In this document: piece after piece, positions 9,700 to 21,021 of the stretch
Numbering within the stretch: the first letter of the stretch is position 1
Layout: every line of letters starts with the position of its first letter
Origin: a virus
Lineage: Duplodnaviria; Caudoviricetes
Strand: one strand, 5' to 3'
Virus record (IMG/VR): IMGVR_UViG_3300048591_000242
Location: 96,001-160,000 of that record
Length of the DNA: 64,000 nt
Notes under the pieces: model-generated
Told to the model about the DNA's origin: nothing
Seen by the model: only the letters and a program-made list of their open reading frames with translations
Database searches by the model: none
Program-made: the position numbers and the translations under genes

Positions 9700-10554
9700 T
9701 TAACCGGCAGATTCAGATACTTCTTCTACTTTACTAGCGTAGCTTTCACCGCCAGCCAGAACATCAGAGCTAATCTTGTCGTATGCTGCTGGTAAAGCCG
9801 CTGGTTGGAAACCGGTTTTAACCAGAGCATCCAGATATGTCTGTGCCAGTGTATCGACGTGTGTGCCGATTTGTGTAGTGGCAGTAAATTCGATGGTGTG
9901 TTCTACCGTCTCATTATCTTCGCCAATTACACGCTTACCTTCATCTTCGCCAGAGGTCTTAGGAATCATGTTACTGCATAGCCAAGCAGAAGTTACCTTA
10001 GACAAGTCACGAGAAGGCTCAATAAAGAGAACCGTCATAGAGATTGCATCTGGTAAAAACTCAGGCTTGTTTTGATTCCAAGAGTCTTTGGTAATTAACG
10101 CCGGATGACCAGTTTCAGGGTCAGCTACCAGTTCGGTAATCCACTGACTCATAAGGTTATGAATAACCTTACCTTCTTTTTCTGGCCAAACAAAGGTAGG
10201 TACAGACACAGCACGATTTACCTTAGTAGGCGTGTGGTGTACTTCACCTGCATTGTTTACTTTGTGTTCACCGAAGTTAACATCCAGTTTACTGGTCAAA
10301 CCGGTAATAGACGTAGCCATAACCTCAACTAAGCTTTTAAGCATAGCAATACGGTCTGGACCATCATCCATAAGTTTCATGTGACCGGGTGCTTCTACCA
10401 AAACAGCGATGATTTTCTGTCTGGTATAGCTTGCACTACTGACCCAGCGTTTAGGATCAGACATAGCGCCTTGTTGGCCGCCTTGTGCGATATTAAGGGC
10501 ACGGGTGCGCCCAGCGGTAACCGAATGATCGGCACCTACAAGAACATTACTCAT
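9700..10554 (-). CDS. tail tube protein (phiKZ gp30-like)
   Basis: 284 aa, directly downstream of the sheath gene; highly-expressed-gene codon bias. Confidence 0.75.
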   Translation of the reverse strand: MSNVLVGADHSVTAGRTRALNIAQGGQQGAMSDPKRWVSSASYTRQKIIAVLVEAPGHMKLMDDGPDRIAMLKSLVEVMATSITGLTSKLDVNFGEHKVNNAGEVHHTPTKVNRAVSVPTFVWPEKEGKVIHNLMSQWITELVADPETGHPALITKDSWNQNKPEFLPDAISMTVLFIEPSRDLSKVTSAWLCSNMIPKTSGEDEGKRVIGEDNETVEHTIEFTATTQIGTHVDTLAQTYLDALVKTGFQPAALPAAYDKISSDVLAGGESYASKVEEVSESAG

Positions 10555-10566
10555 TGTACTTTACTC

Positions 10567-12606
10567 CTAGAGATCGCTACGACGACGCGTAATAACGTTA
10601 ATAACACCAACAGTACGCATGTTGTTCATATAAACAGCTACGTCCATTGTCCAGGAATACCCACGCGCTTCATCAGCTTCAGTGAAATAGGTATTAGGCT
10701 CGATAACCACGCGGTTGTCGTATCTACCTTCTACTAATCTCAACAGTAGGGCATTACACGCATCAATGAATTGTTCATTGGTGAGTGTGGTGTTACCGGT
10801 CATCTGACGCCATACTTCAATAGACATTTTACCAACGTCAACTGCGATAAGCATGTTGATGTCGTTGTTCAATACTGAAGTGTCGTCGTCGTAGATGGTC
10901 TGAATGGCCGGGAAGAACAACTGACTGCGGTCAGCGTACTGTACCCAGTTTAAACCAACTTCCCAATCCTTACTACGAACGATGTTTGGTTTCCACGGAT
11001 GGTTAACATTGTTCATAGTTTCGATGCGGTTCGCAGGAGCTACATCATAGGCAAATTGGTTCTTGTACTTACCGGAACCCGCACCCATATACTTAGAACG
11101 CTTCTCAATAAGTTCCATAACCAGAGGAACCTGACGACGGTACTTTGAGTGTAGTTTGTCACCAGTATGACCTACACAGACATAACGGCAAACGGGAGTG
11201 CCCCATAGAGTGGATTCAGGGATCAATCGAGCATAAGCACGCAGTGCTGTCATAATAGACGTTTCTTCGCTGATGCTGTTAGCCGATTCCAGTACATCCT
11301 GAGTACAACCGGTAACTGAGATATCTTTACGGTAGCCTAGTGTACCGATGATAGCCTTCTTGGTTTCCAGAGTAAAGCCAGTATCATAAACAATAGAGAA
11401 CGGATAGCGGGCATCATCCAATAAAGGGTATTCGATGTTTTCCCAGTTATACAGACACTCGTCACGAACCAGTTCATCCAGTGTCAGCTCATCAACAGAA
11501 CCATCAGAGCCACCTACGGCGTAATGTGTAGTGTTTTCATTTAACTGAATGCTACTGCCATCAATAACAAAACTGTAATGATCAATGTCATTGTAATCCA
11601 ACGCATTGAACAGGTTCAGCATATGACGATCAGCTACGGCGCCTGGGTTAGCCGCTTCTTCTTTAACATACAACAAGTCCAGGATTTCTTCAATGTTATC
11701 CTGGTAAATGTACATTGATTCCATTGGGCCATATTTTGGCATGAAACCACTGGAAGGATCAATGCTTTGGTATTCGCTAATCAGTCGGCTAAAGCCTAAA
11801 TCCTGATCTGTCTTAGGATTGAATAAATCCTCTTTCAAACCAAAATCAATAAACTGTTCAGCATTTACGGAACCCACTACTCGTGGCAGAGAGTAAGCAT
11901 CTTCTCTTTCCACGAACTGGCCACGGTAAATCATCCCACGCTGGGACTCAATAACGCTAACATCAGTAGGCTGTGCGGTAGATAGACCTGGATATGACAA
12001 ACGCAAACCTACGTTGTTACCATATTCGCCATAGCCTAGACGGAAAGCCGCAATAGGATATTTTTGCGAATCTACACCAGTACGACCTACCAAAGTACCT
12101 ACTGTTTTCAACTCACCACGAAGGTTGTCAATGTCGGCCAATGGCTGAATAGACCAACGTACACGGTATCCGTCTACTACATCTGTGGGATGTAGCATTT
12201 TGGCGCCAGTAACATCACGCATTACTTCACCGTCTGCTTCACGTTCGTATGCCTGAATGTCGTCTTCCACGATTTCGCAGAATAAAACCAAAGAGGCACG
12301 AGCAGCATTAGCGGCAATTACGCGTTTAAGCATTACTGCATTACCATTACCATTACAGATAGTAGCCGCCATAGTCTGATGTGAGAAGTATTTAGAACGC
12401 TCCTCAAATGACTTTGCACCGTACATATCCATCATGTCCTTACCGGCAACTAATTGCGGAGTAAGCGGCCCACGTTGAGTCTGTGCATAGATTAAAGGAA
12501 GGTGCTGTGGGATCGCTTCACGCACGACGGGTAATGCACGACCAGATTCGTCCCGGATACCGGTGTGGATATATCTCGGGGCTCCGTTCTTTATTGATAC
12601 AGACAT
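10567..12606 (-). CDS. tail sheath protein (phiKZ gp29-like)
   Basis: N-terminal NGAP...GIRDES, YDTGF and C-terminal RGYSW motifs; synteny. Confidence 0.85.
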   Translation of the reverse strand: MSVSIKNGAPRYIHTGIRDESGRALPVVREAIPQHLPLIYAQTQRGPLTPQLVAGKDMMDMYGAKSFEERSKYFSHQTMAATICNGNGNAVMLKRVIAANAARASLVLFCEIVEDDIQAYEREADGEVMRDVTGAKMLHPTDVVDGYRVRWSIQPLADIDNLRGELKTVGTLVGRTGVDSQKYPIAAFRLGYGEYGNNVGLRLSYPGLSTAQPTDVSVIESQRGMIYRGQFVEREDAYSLPRVVGSVNAEQFIDFGLKEDLFNPKTDQDLGFSRLISEYQSIDPSSGFMPKYGPMESMYIYQDNIEEILDLLYVKEEAANPGAVADRHMLNLFNALDYNDIDHYSFVIDGSSIQLNENTTHYAVGGSDGSVDELTLDELVRDECLYNWENIEYPLLDDARYPFSIVYDTGFTLETKKAIIGTLGYRKDISVTGCTQDVLESANSISEETSIMTALRAYARLIPESTLWGTPVCRYVCVGHTGDKLHSKYRRQVPLVMELIEKRSKYMGAGSGKYKNQFAYDVAPANRIETMNNVNHPWKPNIVRSKDWEVGLNWVQYADRSQLFFPAIQTIYDDDTSVLNNDINMLIAVDVGKMSIEVWRQMTGNTTLTNEQFIDACNALLLRLVEGRYDNRVVIEPNTYFTEADEARGYSWTMDVAVYMNNMRTVGVINVITRRRSDL

Positions 12607-12659
12607 AATGAAACACCTCTGTATTTAAATTGGTTAATAATCATAATTAAGGTTTCCTA

Positions 12660-13667
12660 TTAATCCCATAATTCTTTAATTGTAAAATTTTTAACCGCCA
12701 ATGTACCCATGTGCTGCAGTCTTCGATACATTGAATCTCTGGTTATGTTTAATCTAGACATGATCTCCGAAAATTTAGACACACCAAATTCTTTAGTCTT
12801 ATTATCATACCAAAAAATAGGTCTATCATGATCTTTGTTTTTCATTAGCCTGCTCGCCGCTACAACATCCTCTCTCGATGGTAAGTCATCTTTGTGAATT
12901 AAAAAAGTATAATAATAAATTCCTCTAATCTCAGGCAAACCTCTAGAAAGATATGCTTTTATTCCTTTATATCCTGTAATATTTTCTGCTTCTCTTATAC
13001 TAGCGGCTATTATCTTTCCCCCAGTTAACCAATTATGAATCAGTATTCCAGTACGATAATTTCTTTCGCCATATATAAAATCATCCCACGGGCTATCATC
13101 TCCTGCATCCTTGATCAAATATCTTCCATAAATAACACCTTGAGAGTTTTTACGCAGCTCTGAGACTAATCTACTATGAAATGTACCTATAAATCTGGCC
13201 CCATCTGATAAAGAAGAGAAGTGTCTGGTTAAACCTGTCTTTACGTCCTTAATAAGAATAGGTCTTGCATAGTTTGAATTTTCTAATTCAGTACAAGAAT
13301 GCATGGTGTTTTCTCTTTGAGTACACCATTCCAGATTTTCAGGAGTATTGTTCGATCTATCTCCGTCTTTGTGATTTACATCTAACTTTCTTCCACAAGG
13401 AGGTGGTCCGTAGAAAGCAAACATAACTACACGATGAACTAAAACTGATTTACTTATTTTGTTTTTTTCACCGCAAAAGGTTTTAAACTGTCGGTAACCG
13501 TTAGAAAGTGTTCCGAAAGTCTTTTGACCCTTTTTCCTTATTTTATTTTCAGAAGTAGTTAGATAAACTATTTCGCCTCTTGAGGATACTGCCACTTCAG
13601 GATGTTTACTACTAAGGAAAAAACCGGGGAAATCTTTAGATTCTACAGGTTTGAATTTATTACTCAT
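12660..13667 (-). CDS. free-standing HNH homing endonuclease
   Basis: VHRVVM..F..NHKDGDRSNN...NLEWCT...N HNH core plus NUMOD1-like repeats; AT-rich; likely start ATG 13667 after GAGGT. Confidence 0.85.
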   Translation of the reverse strand: MSNKFKPVESKDFPGFFLSSKHPEVAVSSRGEIVYLTTSENKIRKKGQKTFGTLSNGYRQFKTFCGEKNKISKSVLVHRVVMFAFYGPPPCGRKLDVNHKDGDRSNNTPENLEWCTQRENTMHSCTELENSNYARPILIKDVKTGLTRHFSSLSDGARFIGTFHSRLVSELRKNSQGVIYGRYLIKDAGDDSPWDDFIYGERNYRTGILIHNWLTGGKIIAASIREAENITGYKGIKAYLSRGLPEIRGIYYYTFLIHKDDLPSREDVVAASRLMKNKDHDRPIFWYDNKTKEFGVSKFSEIMSRLNITRDSMYRRLQHMGTLAVKNFTIKELWD

Positions 13668-14091
13668 CTTAAATACCTCGCCAATACACATAGTATTGTT
13701 CGTGGCGCAGCATTTATATTTTTAATTTACAAAAATGACTTACCTCCGTATTCGGAATAACGGTACTATTAAACGCCACAGAATAATTTTTTGCGGTGGT
13801 TCATTATATCGCTATATCTGTTACAGAAATTATATCCTCATAAGAGGACATGTTCCTCTGTTGGGTTTATTACAAATTTGACTGTGATCGCAGTCGGGTA
13901 TTCTAATTCAAGACAAGTTATATCAACACAATATTCGTTTAAATATATAGATGGTAACTTCAAACGTAAGAAGCCAAAAATATACCATCCGACATAGTAC
14001 TTACATTGATTTTATAGAATCGTATGTTAAATGCATGTCGAAATGTGCATACTATTTTGTTTAGCGATATAACCACCGTGGAGTATTAGAA

Positions 14092-15015
14092 ATGGGCCCG
14101 TATGAAACCCGTATAAACAGTCAGTACAGAAATCAACTCTCTGACGTAAAAAAGGCAATAGAAAAACAAACGGCCATGGGGGAAGATCGGTTTTTTGTTT
14201 CTTTAGGTAAATACGTACGTATGCCTAAATATGACAATGATACTCTACCACACTGGTCACACCCTTTTGTAATGGGCGGCACCGTATATATGGATGCCAG
14301 ACCATTTATGAATAAGGTTGGTGGTATAAAGAACCACGTAGAATATGACCTTATGCGTAGACGCGCTGTTTTAGAGTATTTGTGGAAAGACGATCCTGAA
14401 ATATTTGAAAGGTTAATGCCGGATATGGTGGTGGTATTTGCTGAGTGGTATACAGGCGGCATCTCTAGTAGATACAACGCCAGTGAGGTAGATCGCTCTA
14501 GATTTAAAGTAGTGGCTGCTTCTTACTACGTATGGCTTATACTTACTCAGGTACAAAACGGTAAGGTAAGTAAAGAAGACGTTAGAAACATTACAGCTAA
14601 AATACTTAGCCGGACAGGTGGCATGCCAGCCAACTATGTATTCGACGTATTAAACGATATGGATACATTGGAGTTATTGGAAGGGGCCTATCCGGATATC
14701 GACAGGCTGGCTAGAAATACAAAGGCTATGGCTACCTTTGACATGGGTGACTTTACTGCTATAGCGGCTATGCAGCTAATGAGCAGTGGCAGTTGGATAG
14801 GCGTTAATAACGTAATGCTGTCGGCTATGGCGCTCGAACATCCGCCCTTGTTTTTGGTACTTATAGCTGGCTCACATGCAATCTCTGGTTATAGAAACAA
14901 AACCAGAATCGGTAGAGCAGTAAACAGTATGGGTAGAAAGATAAACCCAGAATCACTTAACACAACCTTAATTCGGCTAGTTGACGAATACGCTGCTGTA
15001 ATAAGGACGTCATGA
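14092..15015 (+). CDS. putative virion protein (phiKZ gp28-like)
   Basis: position divergent from the sheath gene; size. Confidence 0.6.
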   Translation: MGPYETRINSQYRNQLSDVKKAIEKQTAMGEDRFFVSLGKYVRMPKYDNDTLPHWSHPFVMGGTVYMDARPFMNKVGGIKNHVEYDLMRRRAVLEYLWKDDPEIFERLMPDMVVVFAEWYTGGISSRYNASEVDRSRFKVVAASYYVWLILTQVQNGKVSKEDVRNITAKILSRTGGMPANYVFDVLNDMDTLELLEGAYPDIDRLARNTKAMATFDMGDFTAIAAMQLMSSGSWIGVNNVMLSAMALEHPPLFLVLIAGSHAISGYRNKTRIGRAVNSMGRKINPESLNTTLIRLVDEYAAVIRTS

Positions 15016-15040
15016 ACAACAAATCAGAGTAGGCTTTTGT

Positions 15041-17587
15041 ATGGAAACCGCTAATGAATTTGAACATAGACTGTTAACGTCTGCTGTGGATGAGGTATGG
15101 CAAAATCCACACGACGATAATCAGTTCTCGATTATACCGGCACGACTGTGTTCTCTGAACGGCAAAACAAATGTTCTATATACCTCTGTTGGCACGTATA
15201 GGCTTCCTACTAGTGGCGATAAATATGTTGTTTATGAGTTAGGACAATCTAATCCAAGACAGATAGGCATAGACTCCAATGTCATGTCTTGGATTAGACT
15301 AGATAAGTTGTGTCTAGATAACGAGATGCTTTGTCATGTACACATACGTCAGTTACAGATACCATTGTCTACTGTATATGTAATGCAAAACAATAGAAAG
15401 AATGTTTTATTGGCCGTTGCAGTAAAACCCAATGTCAAGCTACTAAACACGGGTTTACCTTTATACTTTCATGTATACTCTAACGACTGGTTATCGCTAA
15501 CCACTGAAGGTAGGGCTATAGCTGAACCCGTTAAAGAAACCAGTGGCTATGTTGCTGACTTAAATGTGGCATCTAATGTAATAAACACCTATAGAAACAG
15601 CACCGTGGGTAATACGTACTTGCATCACAACGGTTATCTGGTAAATGACATTAGCATGTCAGAGGTATCGCTAGGGGATAACATAGCCTGTCTGAACGAT
15701 AAGAGTGGTAGAGGGTATTTTGATGTAACCCTTAGTTCACTAAAACACTATACTTCTACCTTGGATGCTCGTGGTAAGATTATAGTTCAGGTACCAGAAA
15801 GAACTGTAGGTGATAGACTCTACTGTGAGCCAGTTGATGAAGTAGAAATTTACGTATGTAGTGAGCAGGCTGCGGTTGGTGGCCAGTATCGAATGAAGGG
15901 TTTCTATTATAGTAGAATACAGCCTAAAGATACAAGGATGCTAACGCACAGGGATTTTGCGTTAGATAGCCAGAGACTGGATGCTTTAATAGCTGAGCAT
16001 ATTGCATTTGGTTTGGAGATGGATGATGTATTTCTACGGGTATTCCTTAGAAATCACACGGCTGGTTATAAGACGTTTGTAGACGGTGACTATTTAAACG
16101 ATATGTTTAAGTTAGACATTGCCAATAGAGCTAACCTTTTAACTGAAGTATCCGGTACCTACTACGGATGGAGACCGGAGCTGTTAGAAGTATCACCCTA
16201 TAACAAATGGCAGCAGGCCAGTATAAGCGAATTAGGTATAGGTACCCTGAAAGGTGTCTATAGTCTAGATGAATTAAACATCAGGGCACGTGTTGGTGAA
16301 TTTAACAACACACACCTTAAGTTACCTTACTGTATGGTGTTAGGTGGTAAAGTACTAGGCTTTGATGTAAATGGTGCTATGATAGAGATCATAGATGTTC
16401 CTAGTAATAGCGCATATGAAACAATTGTAGTTTCACCGGACATAGTTAAGGTAGAATGTATACCGGGTACATTTACTGAGACTGGTGAACTAATGGATCG
16501 AGATGTGGACTTCGTAGATCAAGCTGATTGGTTTGATGAGAAGTTCTATTTTAGAACCATAGAGGATACGCAATGGCATGAGGCTGTAGAGGGTACAGAT
16601 TACGTAATCGACACCACCCACAGCACTGTGGTGTGGGATAATCTCCATAATACAGACGGTAGAATGAGACGCAGCATACGGGACGCTATTTACCGTAACT
16701 TCAAAGTAGAGCCAGAAATGCTTTATCATCCGTTACCTATATATGCAAGTCCTGGTCCAGTTACTCTACTAAGGCTAACTAGGCTGGATGTTTATATAAA
16801 CGGTAGAAAAGGTATAGAAGGTCTGGACTACATCGTTGATTATCCTAATATAACCATAACCAATAAACAGTACTATATGAATGAAACTGGTTTGGTGGAT
16901 ATAGACGTATTCCATTATGGTGTCCCAGGTGAGTCTAACTCTAGGGCCGGATTCCTACAAAGACGTGTATTAGCTGATACAGACCTGGATTTGTTTGTAG
17001 GTAACCGAGATGTATCTGTTTGTATAGATGGCTATAGGGCCGAATATGGTGAACTTGGTTTACCTGAAAATCCGGGTACTACTACCAATACTAAATACAG
17101 AGAAGGAGCACCCTATCAAATAGAGCACAGACCGAATATACTGGGCCCTCTAGCCAGAAAGAAACTGGCTTATGGTTATCCTGATATTTCAGCCTTAGCC
17201 TCTACTGCGGTATCTAATCTACTACCAGTACCGAATACTAGTACGCCTGTATTTATACCGCATGGCCATGCTATATATAGTCCGTTTATAAAGAAACTTA
17301 TCGTCATGTTACGTAGCAATGAAATAGATGTTAGTATACATGGGCTATCCGATATGGGCGTAGCCACTACAATGGCTCCTTATATGGACGAAATTGACTC
17401 TGATCTAATTGGGCTTCCTCTAATAACGGATATGGTTGATATACATCCGACTAGTAACGTAGTGCAGGTAGATGTTACTGAGGAGGAGTTTATGTTCCTC
17501 AGAAAGGTAAGTAAGCTTTACTACGAAAACAGGATTGTATTTAACACATACCTAAACATACAAGAAGGCATAGAGCCGCAAACCTAA
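15041..17587 (+). CDS. virion structural/baseplate protein (phiKZ gp27-like)
   Basis: 848 aa in the sheath-to-terminase syntenic block. Confidence 0.65.
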   Translation: METANEFEHRLLTSAVDEVWQNPHDDNQFSIIPARLCSLNGKTNVLYTSVGTYRLPTSGDKYVVYELGQSNPRQIGIDSNVMSWIRLDKLCLDNEMLCHVHIRQLQIPLSTVYVMQNNRKNVLLAVAVKPNVKLLNTGLPLYFHVYSNDWLSLTTEGRAIAEPVKETSGYVADLNVASNVINTYRNSTVGNTYLHHNGYLVNDISMSEVSLGDNIACLNDKSGRGYFDVTLSSLKHYTSTLDARGKIIVQVPERTVGDRLYCEPVDEVEIYVCSEQAAVGGQYRMKGFYYSRIQPKDTRMLTHRDFALDSQRLDALIAEHIAFGLEMDDVFLRVFLRNHTAGYKTFVDGDYLNDMFKLDIANRANLLTEVSGTYYGWRPELLEVSPYNKWQQASISELGIGTLKGVYSLDELNIRARVGEFNNTHLKLPYCMVLGGKVLGFDVNGAMIEIIDVPSNSAYETIVVSPDIVKVECIPGTFTETGELMDRDVDFVDQADWFDEKFYFRTIEDTQWHEAVEGTDYVIDTTHSTVVWDNLHNTDGRMRRSIRDAIYRNFKVEPEMLYHPLPIYASPGPVTLLRLTRLDVYINGRKGIEGLDYIVDYPNITITNKQYYMNETGLVDIDVFHYGVPGESNSRAGFLQRRVLADTDLDLFVGNRDVSVCIDGYRAEYGELGLPENPGTTTNTKYREGAPYQIEHRPNILGPLARKKLAYGYPDISALASTAVSNLLPVPNTSTPVFIPHGHAIYSPFIKKLIVMLRSNEIDVSIHGLSDMGVATTMAPYMDEIDSDLIGLPLITDMVDIHPTSNVVQVDVTEEEFMFLRKVSKLYYENRIVFNTYLNIQEGIEPQT

Positions 17588-17628
17588 TTATTAGTTAGGC
17601 GGCATTGTCTGCTGCTTGGAGAATTAAC

Positions 17629-19305
17629 ATGAGTAATATGGTGTTTCGTAGAGACCCAAATAGAGGTTTTAGGGTTTGGTCGCAGCACGAAGTATATATA
17701 GGGGAATTGGGTGTTACTACCGGTACTCTATATATACCGAATGTAAACGATTTGGTTGTTAACCCAAACGGTATTATCTATCAGGTAAAGGAAGTGGATG
17801 AGGCCAGTGGGTTGCCTACACTTGAAGTTATAAATGGTAAAGATGCTAATTCTGGTATAACTGACCCAGACAGTTTGCCTGAAGGACTGCGTAACTATCA
17901 GCCACATGGCATAAATCGCATTTTCATAGATACTAGCGTATCACCTTCCATTATTTCGGTGGATTCTAGATACCGTATATATGGCAGTGAAACTACGCAG
18001 GCTAAACTATTTAAAGGTACTGACATTAGTACCAGTGGTGAGGTTATATCACACACCTTAAACAGTAGCGGTGTAGTTGTATCTGAGATGATTGCTTTGG
18101 TACCTTTATTCGATGGCAATACTACGATTAAACGTCCGGCCAGATTCCATACTACGGCTGAGTTGGCGGATGGTGAGTTAGTTACTCTGGTAATCTACAA
18201 TGCTAGTGGGCGGGTATCAGGTACCCACCCGTTTATTGTTAGAAATGCCAATACCATAAGTGGGCCTACCGCTAGTAACATTTACATAGTAGATGTAGAG
18301 TTAGTAGGTGATCTTATTTCTGACGAAAACCCATTGCTAATCGAAAACCCATTGCATGTGCCATTCCAGACAAACATGTTGTTTGCTAGAATACACTATA
18401 GTAATGGTGATTATGCCGACCATGCAATAGACGGTAATAAGATAAAGTTACATGGAGTATCTGGGTTTAATACTAGTATAATTGGTCCTAGCAGTAACGT
18501 GGTGTTAAGTTATTATCCGGATAGCACTGAACCGGCTATAAACCTACAGGGTAGCATACATCCGTCCATTAGTAAGACATATAGACTTACTAATATAATG
18601 GCGTCTACTGATCTAGCGCTGAAGCTATACGTTATTCCAGTATGGACAGGTTCAGGCTATGTACTTAAATTCAGACTTACTGATCTTGAGTATCTAGCTA
18701 ACCTGGATGTTACTGACTTAGTGACAGTTTCTAGATCCGATGGTACTGCCTTTAGAGGTAATGACTACGGTAGAGAGCAAACAGTAAACGTATATCTGGA
18801 TTTGTCTAGAATTAACCCTAACCAGAATCCACCACACACTCACGTACAGCAATTTAAGATAACTCTTAATGCGCCAGGCGGTTTAAGTGTAGATAATTAC
18901 GTTATCGACTACGGTGGTGACGGTATGACCTATTTCGGTGCCGGACACTATGCTACTGCCTCCTTAACATATACCCACAAGTTTAAACTGGATATTAACC
19001 AGACTAGCCTTGAAGATTGGAAATCGTGGTTATATAGAACACTTGATCCTATCTTCGATAACTCTGTAGATACTGAAGCACCAGAACCCACACACTTCAG
19101 ACTGGAGCATGGTGGCGTTAATGGCGGCAGGCTAATAGGGACATACGACATCTCTCAATGGGATGACGAGTTTGAGTTAGGCACAGAAAGGGAATGGGAA
19201 CAGGGTTATCCTTTAGTAGTAACCTTTATAGTTAGAGTCAGTGGCACAGACAAGATACTTGGTGTGGCTCCTTTGGCTATTAAGTATATTTACTCTGGAT
19301 CATAA
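17629..19305 (+). CDS. virion structural/baseplate protein (phiKZ gp26-like)
   Basis: synteny; ATG 17629 with GGAG SD preferred over TTG 17605. Confidence 0.65.
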   Translation: MSNMVFRRDPNRGFRVWSQHEVYIGELGVTTGTLYIPNVNDLVVNPNGIIYQVKEVDEASGLPTLEVINGKDANSGITDPDSLPEGLRNYQPHGINRIFIDTSVSPSIISVDSRYRIYGSETTQAKLFKGTDISTSGEVISHTLNSSGVVVSEMIALVPLFDGNTTIKRPARFHTTAELADGELVTLVIYNASGRVSGTHPFIVRNANTISGPTASNIYIVDVELVGDLISDENPLLIENPLHVPFQTNMLFARIHYSNGDYADHAIDGNKIKLHGVSGFNTSIIGPSSNVVLSYYPDSTEPAINLQGSIHPSISKTYRLTNIMASTDLALKLYVIPVWTGSGYVLKFRLTDLEYLANLDVTDLVTVSRSDGTAFRGNDYGREQTVNVYLDLSRINPNQNPPHTHVQQFKITLNAPGGLSVDNYVIDYGGDGMTYFGAGHYATASLTYTHKFKLDINQTSLEDWKSWLYRTLDPIFDNSVDTEAPEPTHFRLEHGGVNGGRLIGTYDISQWDDEFELGTEREWEQGYPLVVTFIVRVSGTDKILGVAPLAIKYIYSGS

Positions 19306-19314
19306 TGGATTTGT

Positions 19315-19584
19315 GTGGCTATGAAAAGTAAAATAAATAAAAAGGGTGTTAAGCTTGTAAGACATGCTAGTGGTGAAAAGCTAGCTTTTGGGCCAGTACA
19401 ATGGCTTAAAGTAAAACCGGTTATTGCTAATGAGTTGTCTAAATGCAATAGCAAGGCTGAACTGCTCCATGCCACTAAAGATATTTTAGGTGGTATCTAT
19501 GGTAGAGATGTAGCTATCATAAAAATGGTAGATGCAGCAGTATCCAGACTAGGTAGTTCTTCAAGGGAAACACAGGAAGCATAG
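19315..19584 (+). CDS. hypothetical basic protein
   Basis: 89-aa ORF followed by a terminator. Confidence 0.55.
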   Translation: MAMKSKINKKGVKLVRHASGEKLAFGPVQWLKVKPVIANELSKCNSKAELLHATKDILGGIYGRDVAIIKMVDAAVSRLGSSSRETQEA

Positions 19585-19600
19585 TTGTAAGTAAGTCTAT

Positions 19601-19644
19601 AGTCATAGATCCGGCGTTTGTCTGGATCTATGACTGTATGCCGT
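19601..19644 (+). terminator. hairpin + TATGCCGT element
   Basis: stem of about 13 bp after the stop. Confidence 0.65.
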
Positions 19645-19662
19645 ATGTTTACTATAACTTAA

Positions 19663-19674
19663 GGTATATATCAC
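19663..19674 (+). promoter_or_regulatory. phiKZ-type early promoter
   Basis: GGTATATATCAC; identical 23-mer at 8225-8247. Confidence 0.65.
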
Positions 19675-19716
19675 TATAGTAGAAACTTTGCTTATAGTAA
19701 CTATTGGAGAATAGTC

Positions 19717-20445
19717 GTGGGTAGAAAAAAAGAAGTTGTGGTTGTAAACACGTACGATCAGATGGTTTATATATTTGAGAGTCTAGGTAGTACCATAGAA
19801 GGGGCTAAGCGGTTAGAATTGCCAGGGGCTAATGAGAAAGGATTCGCTACTACAGTAACAAAGATATTGGGTGGTAAGGAGAATAACGAACCAAATGCCA
19901 TATTGGAGTTCTATTACATAGAGGACTACGATAAACATGTAAAGACCTTAAGGTCATGGTGGAAAGGCACTGAGATATTCCTAACGCTTACTGACGATGA
20001 TAGCGTCTTTATATTTCCAGATAAAGCTGCTTTAATGAATTATTTACGAGCTGTATTCCCTAATAGGGAAGGAATGGGTTCTTTAGAAAACATGGAAATG
20101 GATGGAGTTATAATTAATCTTGGATACAACTGTGAAGCCGAGATTGATGATATGAAAAGCATTGTCGATAGCTATGGTAATGGGTGGAATATATTTACCA
20201 GTCAGGCTATGGCTGCTTTAGGTGGCGACAAGATAACATCACCCGTGGGTTTATGTAACAACGGAGATGAGGAATATCTGGCCTTCGATCCATACGCCTC
20301 AGTTAGGATACACAAATTCGCAGAGGGTAAATATGTTACTCGTGAGTATATGAATGTATTGGAGGCAGGTATAGCAGAGGATACGTGTGTGTCAGTCATA
20401 GTAGTAGAAATGTTAAATACCCCTGAAGTAGTCTATAGTAGGTAA
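19717..20445 (+). CDS. hypothetical early protein
   Basis: 242-aa ORF, GGAG SD, GTG start. Confidence 0.7.
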   Translation: MGRKKEVVVVNTYDQMVYIFESLGSTIEGAKRLELPGANEKGFATTVTKILGGKENNEPNAILEFYYIEDYDKHVKTLRSWWKGTEIFLTLTDDDSVFIFPDKAALMNYLRAVFPNREGMGSLENMEMDGVIINLGYNCEAEIDDMKSIVDSYGNGWNIFTSQAMAALGGDKITSPVGLCNNGDEEYLAFDPYASVRIHKFAEGKYVTREYMNVLEAGIAEDTCVSVIVVEMLNTPEVVYSR

Positions 20446-20508
20446 AATGTGAATTGTGTGTAGTCAGCCGCCGTTGACTATGTATATCCCAGACATAGGT
20501 AAAAGATC

Positions 20509-21021
20509 ATGGGACTCGTATACCTGTACAGGCACACACGGAGTATTATTACACTACTACTCCTTAAAATATCTAAGCTATTAAACATACACTTTAGTAG
20601 TTTAGATAGGTGGGGCTTCAATAGACATACTAACCATACAAAGGCTATGGCTTGTCTAGACGATGAGAAATTGGCGGACTGCATAATAGCAGTTAGGGGC
20701 GATAGTAAGCCAGACAAAATTATAGCTCTGGCAGCGGGATGGGCATACATTTTAAACAAGAAACCTTCTGACATTAGGATTATAAAGTCTTATGTTAGAT
20801 TTGTTATAAAACAAAAGCCTATTCTGGATAGTGATTACTTTATGCTTATGTCGTTACTAGATACTACTACCTTTTATCTACCGGAAAAGATAGTTAGAGC
20901 TTTAATATCTAGTAGTGATTTATCCTACGAAGAAATGGATATCGTATTAGCGGATAAAGGCATTAAGTTAGAGAGAGCCTCATTGTTATATAGTGGGGAT
21001 GTTAGGTGGCTCGGTAGATAA
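20509..21021 (+). CDS. hypothetical protein
   Basis: 170-aa ORF in operon orientation. Confidence 0.6.
   Translation: MGLVYLYRHTRSIITLLLLKISKLLNIHFSSLDRWGFNRHTNHTKAMACLDDEKLADCIIAVRGDSKPDKIIALAAGWAYILNKKPSDIRIIKSYVRFVIKQKPILDSDYFMLMSLLDTTTFYLPEKIVRALISSSDLSYEEMDIVLADKGIKLERASLLYSGDVRWLGR

Noticed and set aside
12606-14092. Intron around the HNH near the sheath gene
   Set aside because: The sheath gene has an intact N-terminus with its own SD, and no group I core was seen
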